Below are positions 26,832 through 39,578 of a DNA stretch of 64,000 nucleotides, piece by piece. A program made the position numbers and the translations under genes. The notes under the pieces were generated by a model, which saw nothing but the letters and a program-made list of their open reading frames with translations, was not told the origin of the DNA and did no database searches. Source of the stretch: Mustelus asterias (Eukaryota); NCBI RefSeq assembly GCF_964213995.1, contig NW_027590162.1:248001-312000 (forward strand). The letters run 5' to 3'. Each line of letters starts with the position of its first letter. The stretch's first letter is position 1.

Positions 26832-29110
26832 TCACACACTGTATCAGAGTGAGTAAATCCCACACTCACACACTGTGTCAGAGGGTGAGTAAATCCCACA
26901 CACACTCACACACGGTATCAGAGAGTGAATAAATCCCACACACACACTGTATCAGAGAGTGAGTAAATCCCACACACACACTGTATCAGAGAGTGAGTAA
27001 ATCCCACACACAAACACTGTATCAGAGAGTGAGTAAATCCCACACTCACACAGTATCAGAGAGTGAGTAAATCCCACACTCACACACTGTATCAGAGAGT
27101 GAGTAAATCCACACTCACACACTGCATCAGAGTGAGTAAATCCCACACACACACTGCATCAGAGAGTGAGTAAATCTGACACTCACAAACTGTGTCAGAG
27201 AGTGAGTAAATCCCACACACAAACACTGTATCAGAGAGTGAGTAAATCCCACACTCACACAGTATCAGAGAGTGAGTAAATCCCACACTCACACACTGTA
27301 TCAGAGAGTGAGTAAATCCCACACTCACACACTGTATCAGAGTGAGTAAATCCCACACACACACACTGTATCAGAGAGTGAGTAAATCCCACACACACAC
27401 ACTGTATCAGAGAGTGTGTAAATCCCACACACAAACACTGTATCAGAGAGTGAGTAAATCCCACACTCACACAGTATCAGAGAGTGAGTAAATCCCACAC
27501 TCACACACTGTATCAGAGAGTGAGTAAATCCCACACTCTCACACTGTATCAGAGAGTGAGTAAATCCCACACTCACACACTGTGTCAGAGGGTGAGTAAA
27601 TCCCACACACACTCACACACGGTATCAGAGAGTGAATAAATCCCACACACACACACTGTATCAGAGAGTGAGTAAATCCCACACACACACACTGTATCAG
27701 AGAGTGAATAAATCCCACACACACACACTGTATCAGAGAGTGAGTAAATCCCACACTCACACAGTATCAGAGAGTGAGTACATCCCACACTCACACACTG
27801 TATCAGAGAGTGAGTAAATCCCACACTCACACACTGTATCAGAGAGTGAGTAAATCCCACACACACACACTGTATCAGAGAGTGAGTAAATCCCACACTC
27901 ACACACTGCATCAGAGTGAGTAAATCCCACGCACACACTGCATCAGAGAGTGAGTAAATCTCACACTCACAAACTGTGTCAGAGAGTGAGTAAATCCCAC
28001 ACTCACACACTGTATCAGAGAGTGAGTAAATCCCACACTCACACACTGTATCAGAGAGTGAGTAAATCCCACACTCACACACTGTATCAGAGAGTGAGTA
28101 AATCCCACACTCTCACACTGTATCAGAGAGTGAGTAAATCCCACACTCACACACTGAATCAGAGAGTGAGTAAATCCCACACTCACACACTGTATCAGAG
28201 AGTGAGTAAATCCCACACACTCACACTGTATCAGAGAGTGAGTAAATCCCACACTCACACACTGTATCAGAGAGTGAGTAAATCCCACACTCACACACTG
28301 AATCAGAGAGTGAGTAAATCCCACACTCTCACACTGTATCAGAGAGTGAGTAAATCCCACACTCACCCACTGTATCAGAGAGTGAGTAAATCCCACACTC
28401 ACCCACTGTATCAGAGAGTGAGTAAATCCCACACTCACACACTGAATCAGAGAGTGAGTAAATCCCACACTCACACTGTATCAGAGAGTGAGTAAATCCC
28501 ACACACACGCACTGTATCAGAGAGTGAGTAAATCCCACACTCACACACTGTATCAGAGAGTGAGTAAATCCCACACTCACACTGTATCAGAGAGTGAGTA
28601 AATCCCACACTCACACACTGTATCAGAGTGAGTAAATCCCACATTCACACACTGTATCAGAGATTGAGTAAGTCCCACACACACACTGCATCAGAGAGTG
28701 AGTAAATCCCACACTCACACACTGTATCAGAGAGTGAGTAAATCCCACACTCACACACTGTATCAGAGAGTGAGTAAATCCCACACTCACACACTGTATC
28801 AGAGAGTGAGTAAATCCTACACTCACACTGTATCAGAGAGTGAGTAAATCCCACACACACACTGCATCAGAGAGTGAGTAAATCCCACACTCACGCACTG
28901 TATCAGAGAGTGAGTAAATCACACACTCCCACACTGTATCAGAGAGTGAGTAAATCCCACACTCACACTGTATCAGAGAGTGAGTAAATCCCACACTCAC
29001 ACACTGTATCAGAGAGTGAGTAAATCCCACACACTGTATCAGAGAGTGAGTAAATCCCACACTCACATACTGTATCAGAGAGTGAGTAAATCCCACACTC
29101 ACACACATTA
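26832..29110. repeat. 36-bp minisatellite
   Basis: Unit ACTGTATCAGAGAGTGAGTAAATCCCACACTCACAC with 2-bp slippage variants; about 60 copies. Confidence 0.97.
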
Positions 29111-29299
29111 CCAGAGATTCACAGTTCCGGAAGGAATCCCACACTCCCGCACAGTCCCTCTGTGGAGGAGGGTCCCTCACACCGACAGCCAGGCGACATT
29201 TCCCGGTGGATCTTTCCACACTGACAAACGGGCGCTGGACATTCTTTGTGAAATGTAATTCCTGATTGTGGTAAGGGGGCTTGTGATTGGCGGAAACTC

Positions 29300-29440
29300 C
29301 TCAATCTGATTGGTCTGTTTTCATATCCACTCAAATGAATCCCGGATAAGTGACTGTAATAACTTTCAAAATGTCCAATCACAATCATTGCTTTCCCAAT
29401 TCCTCATTAGCATAGTTCTGTGGGACTGTCTATTTAATCA
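29300..29440 (+). promoter_or_regulatory. H2B promoter: CCAAT boxes, octamer variant ATTAGCAT, TATTTAA
   Basis: CCAAT near 29375 and 29396, ATTAGCAT 29406-29413, TATTTAA 29431-29437. Confidence 0.78.
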
Positions 29441-29482
29441 GCGCTCGGAAGGGGTTTGCTTTATTTCTGTGTGAAATTGAAG

Positions 29483-29869
29483 ATGGCTGATGAGAAGAAA
29501 CCAACATCGAAACCAGCTCCCAAGAAGGGGGCGAAGAAAGTGATTAAGAAACCGGGAACAAAGGGCGGCAAGAAGCGGCGAAAGTCGAGGAAGGAGAGTT
29601 ACTCCATCTACATCTACAAAGTGATGAAGCAGGTTCACCCCGACACCGGCATCTCCTCCAAGGCCATGAGCATCATGAACTCGTTCGTGAACGATATTTT
29701 CGAGCGCATCGCGGGTGAGGCTTCCCGCCTGGCCCATTACAACAAGCGCAGCACCATCAGCTCCCGGGAGATCCAGACCGCCGTGCGCCTGCTGCTGCCC
29801 GGGGAACTGGCCAAGCACGCCGTGTCGGAAGGGACAAAGGCGGTGACCAAGTACACCAGCTCCAAGTAA
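29483..29869 (+). CDS. H2B: Histone H2B
   Basis: [19 protein letters not shown]...KYTSSK; 128 aa. Confidence 0.98.
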   Translation: MADEKKPTSKPAPKKGAKKVIKKPGTKGGKKRRKSRKESYSIYIYKVMKQVHPDTGISSKAMSIMNSFVNDIFERIAGEASRLAHYNKRSTISSREIQTAVRLLLPGELAKHAVSEGTKAVTKYTSSK

Positions 29870-29905
29870 AACTCCCCATGGACTGAAAAACATCCCAAAC
29901 ACAAC

Positions 29906-29921
29906 GGCTCTTTTAAGAGCC
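29906..29921 (+). terminator. Histone 3' stem-loop (H2B)
   Basis: GGCTCTTTTAAGAGCC then ACCCA and GAAAAAGCTG HDE. Confidence 0.95.
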
Positions 29922-31179
29922 ACCCACAATCTCTGTGAAAAAGCTGCGCCATCTTTTCCCTTATTGAATGAATGAGAAATGTCTTTCTGGAGGATAGAGA
30001 TTTGTCCCGGTGCAGAATGTTGTGAATGGGACTTCATACCCGCCCCTCACACACACTTTCACATTGAAGGGACAATCAAACTGAAATGAGAGCAGATTTT
30101 AAATCCCAGTCTGGGGATCGTCACGGACAATGGGGAGAAAGAGTATCAGGAGGTAATTATTTAAATTTAATTATAACTATATTCAGACTTTCACGACTCT
30201 GAATTAAATTGTTATTTTTTTCTCGGGTGATCTGGGAGCCGCTCCCGGAACAGAGTAAAGGCGGGAATGAAGAGGTTCTTCTCGGGCTGATCTGTTTATT
30301 CCGCAGCTTTCCCAGAGGACGGAATCAGCCACACAGGACCTGAGTCCATTGCAGCGCTTTAAGATCTGCCTCCCCCCGGCGCTCCCTATTCTCCGGACAC
30401 AAAGCTGCCTGTTCCACCGGCGAGATCGGGCCGGGGATTCTCTCCGCACTTCCCATTGTAACATTCCCGGCCGCTTTCAGGGGAGAGGATCAGAAATCAG
30501 CCGTTTCCCTCTGTCCCTGTGAAGGGGTTGGTTGGTAATCTCTATGTTTCTGCTTTTCCACTGAGCTGAGATTTGCTCCGTTTTAAATTGCTGAACGGGG
30601 TCTGATTACCGCGGGTTACAGATAAGAGATTGAGAAATTCAAACTGTTCCTAAAATAGCGCCAGGATTGTGTGAGGGAAAATACAATAAACAGATTATAA
30701 AGTGTGAGATTGAAATAGTTTCCTGAACATTCAGGCGTTCCGTTATTTTGTATTTTTCCTGCACTGAAATTGGCGGGTTTTTCCAGTTTGAAAATGTGAA
30801 CCAATCAAAACCTCCCATTTCTTCTCCCTGGCTCTCCGATTGGTTAAGAATGTGATTGAAATGTGAGTGACCAATCAGAGCTGGAGTCTGGCTGCAGCCT
30901 CACAAACCGCTCACAATGATTATTAATAGAGATTAAACTGACGGAATCTGGATTTGAGATATTGAATGTACTTTGTTTCCACAGACAAATATTTGACAGA
31001 TCCAAAACAAACGTGATATTTCCTCCACACAAGTTACAGGGGAAATTGTCGCCAACTCCTTCTCACACACAGTCCGTACATTGTCACTGACAGCTCAGAG
31101 ACACAGACAGCTGATCAATTCCACAGACCCAAACTGCAGGAGAGACAGATGTTGTGCCTATTTGATGGCCAATTCTCGT

Positions 31180-31262
31180 ACCAGGATGGCCGAGTGGTTA
31201 AGGCGTTGGACTTAAGATCCAATGGACATATGTCTGCGTGGGTTCGAACCCCACTCCTGGTA
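31180..31262 (+). tRNA. tRNA-Leu(TAA)
   Basis: 83-nt ACCAGGATGGCCGAGTGGTTAAGG...GGTTCGAACCCCACTCCTGGTA; T-run terminator near 31268. Confidence 0.96.
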
Positions 31263-32419
31263 AATGAATTTTTAACACTACAGTCTGCACCCTCTCCTTT
31301 CCTTCTCCCCTCTACTCTATGAACGGTATGCTTCGTCCGTTTTACACAAGAAGCAATACCTTTCACTGTATACCAATACATCAAAACAAACTCAGTGCCA
31401 TTGATAGGGGAATCCATAAATCCCAGTCCAAATTCTCACCTAATATTGGATCATCACTGTGTCAATCCCACAATAGAGCAGCCACAGCTCCAAATTCAAT
31501 ATCTGATCAAACTGACAAATGGTTTTCGGTTAAAAGTTACACAATGTACCTTAACAATGTACACTGAGATTCGAGTTAAATACCACCCACATCAGGGGTT
31601 TAAAAGTGGCCCATAGTTTGTATCCTCACAAATACATTCGATACGAAGCCTCATCTCAAATACATTCTCAGATTGAGATATTCTGAGAGCGAGTATAACC
31701 TGAGATACAAATTCAGATTCCAGTTGAAAACTCACCCAGATTATGAAACTTAAAGTTACAATATCAATTTGATTACTATGAAAGAACTATAGCTTATTAA
31801 CTAATCCTAACTCCCCACTCACACTGAGCCAGATGGACAATACTATACGAATTCCAGACTGAGTTTCCTTTTACATTCATGTCAAAATTCTTACTCAGAA
31901 TCAGACTGAGTGTCACAGATCAAATCAATGTGAACAACCTGAGTGAAGCTTGCATAGCAATCCAGTATCAGATTGAAGGATACATTATCTTTCACAATTG
32001 TGTTCAGTGTGACACAGATTTAATGTTGGGCCGAAATTCACACACATTGTTTGCTTCAAACCTACCACATCAGTGGCCTGTTGCTTTGCTCGAAATTTAT
32101 ATGGAATGAATCCAAATTTATAAATAGATTGAAGATTATACGATGAATCCCATGCTCACACTGAGTCATAGAGTCTGACAGACACACGATAATTCTCAAA
32201 CATGTGCTCAGTGTTAGATGAATGACTCATGCTGCACAGACAGCACCAGGGACTGAACGTTACATCTGATTATCACACTTACATAGCAGTATCCCAGACA
32301 CTGAGTACCAGTGACAGATTCAGAATGATCCCACACTCACACACATTATGACAGTCTGACCAATACACATGATTTGCACCCTTTAGAAACAGCAGCAGAT
32401 ATACTCAGATGCTGAATGA

Positions 32420-33200
32420 ACCCCAAATGTGAGTTCCAGTAGCTCATCTTGGAGGTAGTAAGTACTGCTGCCACTGTGTGTCAGTGGTCAAGGGCATGTG
32501 TGTTTCCAGATGGGATGTCAATCATGAGGGATGCTTTGTCCGGGATGGTGTCAAACCTCTTGAGTGTTGCTGGTGCTGCATTAACCCAGGCAAGTGGAGA
32601 TTAATCCATCATACTCCTGATTTGTGCCTGGTAGATGGTGAACAGTGTTTGGCAGTCAGGATCTTTGTGACTCACCATGGGATTCTGTGTCTCTGACCTG
32701 CCTTGTAGCCCTTGTATTACATCGCTAGTCCAGTTGAAGGTAATCACTAAGATATTGATATAATTTTATTTAATGTCAAGGGACAATGGTTAGATTCTGT
32801 CTTGCTGGAAATGGTCTTTGTCTGGTACATGTGTGGTGTGATTGTTATTTGCCACTTCTCAGCCCAAGCTTGGATACTGTCCAGTTCTTGCTGCATTTGG
32901 GAATGGGCTGCTTCAGTAACTGAAGAGTCCTGAATGGTGCTAAACATTGCACAGTCATCAGCGAGCATCTCCAATTCTGACCTTATGGTGGAAGGATCTG
33001 GGACAGTAACTTGACAAACTCGGGAAATGGTCTCCTGAGGATGAAATGACTGACCACCACAACCATCTTACTTTATGCTGGATAAAGTTCCAACCAGTGG
33101 AGAGGTTTCCATGATTCCCATCGACTTTGCTTTTGCTGAGGATCCTTGATGCTGAACTCGGTCAAATCCTGTTTTGATGTCAAGGGCAGTCACTCTCATC
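32420..33200 (-). mobile_element. Degenerate CR1/L2-clade LINE RT fragment
   Basis: LADDCAMF...QQELDSIQAWAEKWQ. Confidence 0.7.
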
Positions 33201-33379
33201 TCATCTCAGAGGATCGTTAGTCAGTGGAATTCCCTTCCCCAGACAACAGTTGAGACTGGATCATTGAATATGTTCTAGGCTGAATTAGACAGATTATACA
33301 AGGGAGTGAATGGTTGCTGCAAAAGTTCGAAAAGTCGAATTGCAGCCACAATTATTTTAGTTATGATCTTTTTCCTTGG

Positions 33380-33705
33380 TCCATTCATAGGATGTGTGCA
33401 TCACTGGCCAGCATTTATTACCCATCCACGTATCGAGTCAACCACATTGCTGTCGCTCTGAAGTCACATGTAGGCCACACAAGGTAATTTCATCAGATTT
33501 CCTGCCCTAAAGCACGTTAGTGAACCAGATGGATTTTTCCAACAATGGTTCCATCGCCATCACTAGATTCTTATTTTCAAATTACTTTTGATTGAAATCA
33601 AATTCTACCATCTGCTGTGGAGGGTTTCGAACCTGGGTCCCCAGAACATTAGCTGAGTTTCCAGATTAATAGTCTAGCGATGATACCACGAGACCATCGC
33701 CTCCC
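33380..33705 (-). mobile_element. tRNA-derived SINE (same family as 3738-4093)
   Basis: Shared TTCGAACCTGGGTCCCCAGAACATTAGCTGAGTTTC. Confidence 0.75.
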
Positions 33706-34872
33706 CTTCTTGAATGATGGTGCAGGACTGAGGGGCTGAATGGCCTGACTCCTGCCCGTATTTCTAATATGATAGTAACCGTCATAATTGATTCCATTTT
33801 ATTTTGATTTTTGGTTTTCATCTATATTTTCTCTTGATTTTGCTTTCAGCTGGCAGTTGTTCGTCATTCTTCAATTCACACCTCCTTCAGACACATCTCT
33901 GTTTGCTGTTACTTGTTCCTTTCCCACTCCCTTTCGCCTTGCAGCACCAATGATTTTATTACTTAATCACTCCTGCCCTCCACCTTGCTTTGGGAAGCAC
34001 AAGACAAAAGGTTCCACTAATTTCAGTAATGAGGCAGGAGCAGGATTAATTAATAATCTGACAGTAAATAAACATCAAACACTGAGTGACCACAATATGT
34101 TAGAGGCAGACATTCAGTGCGAGGAGAAAGGACACACGCAGGTCACAGTTTTGACCTTAAGTTAGGCCGAGAAGGGTGAAATATGTTGTAAACTGAAAAC
34201 GTTAAAATCCGTCCAGCTGTGAAGAGGCGAATCAAGGGAACAATGAGAGACTGAAAAAAGTATTTCATACAATGTGTATCTAATGCAAGCCTGAAGAAAG
34301 GAAACTTCACTTTCTCAGTTTATGGTGATTTTGGGAACTGAATTTCATGTTTTAAACCAGTAATTAAGAAAAAAATAATGATTTCTGTCCAAATAAGGAT
34401 TAACTCTGTTTTTAACGTGATGCTGTGTCCGCTGTGCTGATATTCTTGTCACAGGGAGGACGCTGCTGCCCATATAAGCATGGTGGCTTACTGCAGGGTG
34501 CCCCGTAGATCAGAAATACTGCAGCTAATATGTCTAAACTTCACTAGATTGTTTTCATTGAAGAAAATAGCTTTTTTTCTATTCGGACAATCATAGAGTG
34601 ATGGTGAATAATTCAAGATCATTCGGATCATCACGCCTGTGTCAGCTGTTTGGGAGAAACGGGCTGAAAAGGACAAACCTTGGCTTGTGTATCTTTGCTA
34701 CATTTACAGCTTGTGTCCGTGTGTGAGTAAATGGCATTTCAGCGATCTGTTGCTCATTCAAATGTTAACGAGTAGCGAGAAGCGGAAGAAAATTACAGCA
34801 TCCTGGGCGGGAATGTCAAATCATTTTGAAGGAGCCGCTGAGGAATTATTTTTGCTGTTGCTCAAAACGTAA

Positions 34873-34944
34873 TAGCAGAGAATGGTTTCGATCCATCGAC
34901 CTCTGGGTTATGGGCCCAGCACGCTTCCGCTGCGCCACTCTGCT
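34873..34944 (-). tRNA. Initiator tRNA-Met(CAT)
   Basis: AGCAGAGTGGCGCAGCGGAAGCGTGCTGGGCCCATAACCCAGAGGTCGATGGATCGAAACCATTCTCTGCTA; A1-U72 pair and AUCG T-loop; TTTT terminator follows. Confidence 0.96.
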
Positions 34945-35236
34945 ACACAGTTAAAATTGCCTGCGAGCTATTGTGAATGTGTCACAGGTATTCACTTCCG
35001 TGTTCATCATTGGAGTGCATGCGCTCGGCTGCTCCCCCTGGCGCCACAATTCCACTGTCACCAAGAATGGAAAACACAGAACGACACACAGACGAAGCGA
35101 CAGATAGTCAGGATACACAAGATCACACACAGGCAAAGGAGAATGGACTGAGTGGTCATTAATGTAAATCCCAAGATGTCTCCTGTTCCTAACCTTCTTC
35201 TTCTTGTTTAATTCTGCTTCCTTGTTTCTAAATAGA

Positions 35237-35840
35237 TCCTCTGCTGTGGAACTGCGATCTCTGCTGTGGAACTGTGATCTCTGCTGTGGAACTGTGATCC
35301 CTGCTGTGGAACTGTACTTTCTGCTGTGGAACTGTGATCTCTGCTGTGGAACTGTGATCCCTGCTGTGGAACTCTTTTCCCTGTTGTGGAAAAGTTCTCA
35401 GTGCTGTGGAACTGTGCTCGCTGCTGTGGAACTGTGCTCTCCGCTGTGGAACTGTGATCTCTGTTGTGGATCTGTGATCTCTGTTGTGGATCTGTGATCT
35501 CTGCTCTGGATCTGTGATCTCTGCTCTGGATCTGTGATCTCTGCTGTGGAACTGTGATCTCTGCTGTGGAACTGTGCTCTCTGCTGTGGAACTGTGTTCT
35601 CTGCTGTGGAACTGTGTTCTCTGCTGTGGAACTGCGCTCCCTGCTGTGGAACTGCGCTCCCTGCTGTGGAACTGCGCTCCCTGCTGTGGAACTGTGATAT
35701 CTGCTGTGGTACTGTGATCCCTGCTGTGGAACTGTGCTCTCTGCTGTGGAACTGTGATCTCCGCTGTGGAACTCATTTCCCTGTGGTGGAAAAATACTCT
35801 CTGCTGTGGAACTGTGCTCTCTGCTGTGAAACTGTGCTCA
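35237..35840. repeat. 20-bp minisatellite
   Basis: Unit CTGCTGTGGAACTGTGATCT; about 30 copies. Confidence 0.97.
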
Positions 35841-35844
35841 GGGG

Positions 35845-36590
35845 TTACATTTTCCACTCTCCAAACTGCTTAGACTGTTAAAGAATGTAGAGAATGTTGG
35901 ATCCATTCTTCCCATTGCCACTTCGTTTAGAACCCTGTGATGTAGATTATTGGGCTTTGGAGATTTTGCAGCCCTCAGTCCCATTAATTTCCCCAGCACT
36001 ATATATTTCAGTATATTAAATCCCCCCAATTTCTAGACCATGGTTCCCGAGCATTGCTGGGAAGTTATTTGTGTGTTCCTCCATGAAGACAGCATGAAAA
36101 CACTTATTTAATTGCGCTGCCATTTCCTTGTTCTCCATTATAAATTTGCCCATATCCGAATGCAAAGCACCTAAATTTATCTTTGTTATATTTTTTCACA
36201 TACTAACATAAGCTTTAATAGTCCAATTGTCAGCGACTTGCAAGTTCACTCTCGTACAGCATTTTATCCCTCTAATCAATCTCTTTGTCCTCCTTTCCTG
36301 AAATAAAAACTGTTCCCAATCCTTCGGGTTTCAACTTTTTCTTTCAACTTTATAAAAATCACCATCAGATCTAATAATACCTAATTTTATTAGCCATGAT
36401 TGGGTCATTTTTCCTGTTATGTTTTTGCGACTGAAGGAAATGTACAACTGTTACAATGCAAGCATTTCTTCCTTAAATATCAGACACTGCCTATCCACCT
36501 TCGTGCCCCTTCATCGAGTTTCCCAATCTATTTTAGCCAACTCACCTGTAATACATTCTGAGTTTCCTTTGTTGAGAGCTGGGACTTCAG
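35845..36590 (-). mobile_element. Degenerate CR1 fragment
   Basis: LMGLRAAKSPKPNNLHHRVLNEVA. Confidence 0.6.
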
Positions 36591-36599
36591 TTTAAGCTT

Positions 36600-37600
36600 G
36601 GATTTGAATCTTTATTCTGACTGAAGACAGGTGTTTCACAAAGCAGACACTCAATCTATCCAACCCAGAGCAAACCACATTGTCAGCATTGAATGTATTC
36701 TACAAAATTGAAACATAAAACGTTCAGATACATCAATATTTCTCCTGGCCGTATAATTAAGGTCTTGAACAATGCGTACTGATAATGGAGCTTTCCATTT
36801 GAGAAATTCTGATATTTCTTCCTTTTTCCTCAGCCACTGGTCTCCCCACTCTGTGGCTGACAGCATACTCATCTGTGTCTGCTCTTGTCCCACACCTCTG
36901 CTTCACCCCGTCTCTATATTCTCTATATTATGATAATGCTTCCTCCTTTAAATTACCAACTTTTTCAATGGATTAGCTCTCAGCATTTTTACCACCTCTC
37001 GCTTGTGTGATGCTCTCACCAAACATTCCTTCCCCTCCGAATACCGCAGTGCTTTCCTAACAGCTTCTATTTGTCGTTTTGACTTTCCATGGCACCTGTC
37101 AAGGTGCAACAACAGGCCTTTTACCTCTTTTCTCCTCATCAGATACCCCCTCAATGAATCCTACTGGACTAATCATTTAAATGTAGTGTGCTGTATTTGC
37201 TGCTCACAATGTACTCTGCTCTACATTCTGATGACAGATGTACAGATTGTGGAACATTTCCATTCAGTCCACAAGAAGCACACTATTTGTGATAATTCCT
37301 ATCATTTTAATTCTGTGCTTTGCTCACACTGATCATTCTGTCCTTGGTCTTCTCCAGTGCTCCAATGGAACTCATGCACCCCTCTTGACGACACAGTGCT
37401 CACTATCTTTACTTGTACTCTTACTATTTCCTTTAGACTGTTTGCCATTTTATGCGTGTGTGTTGCACACAATCACAAACCTCCCTTTTGTTTTTTTTTT
37501 GCCATCTGCCGTTCTCTGTAGCATTTTCTTAAAATCTTCGATCACATTTGTAACTTTCACCAGTGCTGATGAAAGGATGTTGATCTGAAAGTTTAAACCT
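36600..37600 (+). mobile_element. Old PLE remnant (second family)
   Basis: NVVCCICCSQCTLLYI resembles the GIY-YIG N-terminus; ends in CTGATGAAAGG...TCTGAAAGTT, a hammerhead-like core. Confidence 0.55.
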
Positions 37601-38046
37601 GACCAATATTTACCCCCGCAGGTGCATACTTGTTGTGTACATCCAGATTTTCAAAATTAAGTTTGTACTTCCAGCATTCATAGTTTTTGATGTCTGCAGG
37701 CACGTTAACAGGAGTTTTCATGGAGGTGTTCAAAATCATGGACAGCTTTAATAGAGTAAATTGGCATAAACTGTTCCTGTTGCATGAGGACATTGATTCA
37801 TTATGATTTGTTAAAAAAGTAAAGATATTGTGAGCAAACACATGTTTACTTACATAGGTAGCTAGTTTCTGTAAATCCTGAATATGCTGTCTAAAAAACT
37901 GGGGAATCTGATGCAAAATCTTTTCAAAGAGCAGTTGGAGAAAAACCGTTTTAAAGGGCGAATTTTAGGGCATAAAGAGGCAATGGGGCGGATTCGCTAC
38001 GAAATCTCTGGCAGAATTCCGATGGGTTTAAATATAACCCCATATG

Positions 38047-38184
38047 CTGTGTGGAGTTTGCACATTCTCCTCGTGTCTGCGTGAGTTTCCTCCGGGTGCT
38101 CCGGTTTCCTCCCACAATCCAAAGATGTGCGGGCTAGGCTGATTGGCCAGGTTAAAAATTGCCCCTTAGAGTCCTAAGATGCGT
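38047..38184 (+). mobile_element. HE1-like SINE, left part (continues at 43378-43505)
   Basis: GTGGAGTTTGCACATTCTCC...CCTAAGATGCGT resumes as GTTAGAGGGATTAGCGGGTAAATATG after the LINE. Confidence 0.85.
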
Positions 38185-38363
38185 GAGGGAGTGCTGCTCG
38201 GGCTGCAGTGGAGAGTGACAGTTGGTGTCTCAGTGAGGGAGTGCTGCTCGGGCTGCAGTAGAGTGTGACAGTTGGTGTCTCACTGTGGGAGTGCTGCTCG
38301 GGCTGCAGTAGAGTGTGACAGTTGGTGTCTCACTGTGGGAGTGCTGCTCGGGCTGCAGTAGAG
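38185..38363 (+). repeat. 50-bp tandem monomers in the CR1 5' UTR
   Basis: GGGAGTGCTGCTCGGGCTGCAGTAGAGTGTGACAGTTGGTGTCTCACTGT, about 3.5 copies. Confidence 0.92.
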
Positions 38364-38650
38364 TAATTAATTTATTTAATTATTTTTCAGTTCAATTAGT
38401 GAAAAAAATCGGAGGTTTTTTTTTTTCTAAACAGGAAATAGGCCCAGCAGCAGCCTGGGAAGATTTTGGAGGGTTTAAAAGTAGGCCGCACCTTTGAGCG
38501 GGCAGCGTCGTTAGCGGGCAGTGGAGTGAGCAGGGGACAGAGTGAGAGCTAAAAGGGCTTTGGCTCACAGGGCTTCGGCGAGGAAGGTTGTTTGTTTGTT
38601 TTTCTTCGGTTACACCCCCTTTTTGTTTTATCCCCAAAACTAAAAAGGAC

Positions 38651-39505
38651 ATGGCTGGTATGAGTGGGAGGCCAGTATACTGCATTCGGTGTGGGATGTG
38701 GGAGTTCCTGGAGACAACTTGCCTCCCGGAAGTCCATATCTGTGCCAGATGTGTGGAACTGCATCTCCTGAAGGATCGTGTAAGGGAGCTGGAGCTGAGG
38801 CTCGATGAACTCAGTTTAGTTAGGGAAAATGAGAGAGTCATAGATAAAAGTTATAGTCAGGTAGTGACACCAGGGTCTCGGAAGGAAGACACGTGGGTCA
38901 CGGTTAGGAGGGGTAATAGTCAGAAGGGTGATGTGCCAGAAAGCACCCCAGTGGCAGTCTCCCATAAGAGAAAGGGATGGGCAACAGATGGGAGAAGGGA
39001 AGGGAGTGAGCAGTCTGTGGAGGGATCCCCTGTGGTTGTCCCCCTCCACAATAGGTATATTGTTTTGGATTCTGTGGAGGGGGATGACCCTCCAGGGGTA
39101 AGCCACGAGGACCAGATCACCTCCACGGGGACAGGCTCAGGGGTCCGGAAGGGAAAGAAGGGGTTTAGGAGAGCGATAGTTGTGGGGGACGCAATAGTTA
39201 GAGACACGGACAGGCGCTTCTGTGGGACTGAACGAGAATCCAGGATGGTAGTCTGCCTCCCTGGTGCCGGGGTACTGGATGTCTCCGAGAGGGTAGGAAG
39301 CATATTTAAAAAGGAAGGTAGTCAAACGGATGTGATTGTACACATTGGGGGAAATGATGTAGGTAGGAAGAGCAGGGGGGTCATACGAGAGAAATTCAGG
39401 GAGTTGGGTGCTAGGCTAAAAAGTAAGACCTCCAGTGTAGCAATCTCTGGACTGCTCCCGGTGCCTAGTGCAAGTGAGGCTCGGAACAGGGAGATTCTAC
39501 ATTGA
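38651..39505 (+). pseudogene. CR1 ORF1 (zinc finger/leucine zipper plus SGNH esterase), prematurely terminated
   Basis: CIRC...CARC, LKDRVRELELRLDEL, IVVGDAIVR and HIGGNDV; stop at 39503-39505 before the expected end. Confidence 0.8.
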
Positions 39506-39578
39506 AAGCGTGGCTAAAGGACTGGTGCAAGAGGGAGGGTTTTAAATTCATAGATAACTGGGAAATCTTCAAGTCAGG

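Noticed and set aside
26832-29110. CRISPR-like periodic array and Cys-rich repeat ORFs
   Set aside because: Head-to-tail tandem units with no unique spacers, no cas genes and a eukaryotic context; the ORFs are repeat translations.
35204-35881. ORFs across the 20-bp repeat
   Set aside because: Minisatellite translation artefacts.
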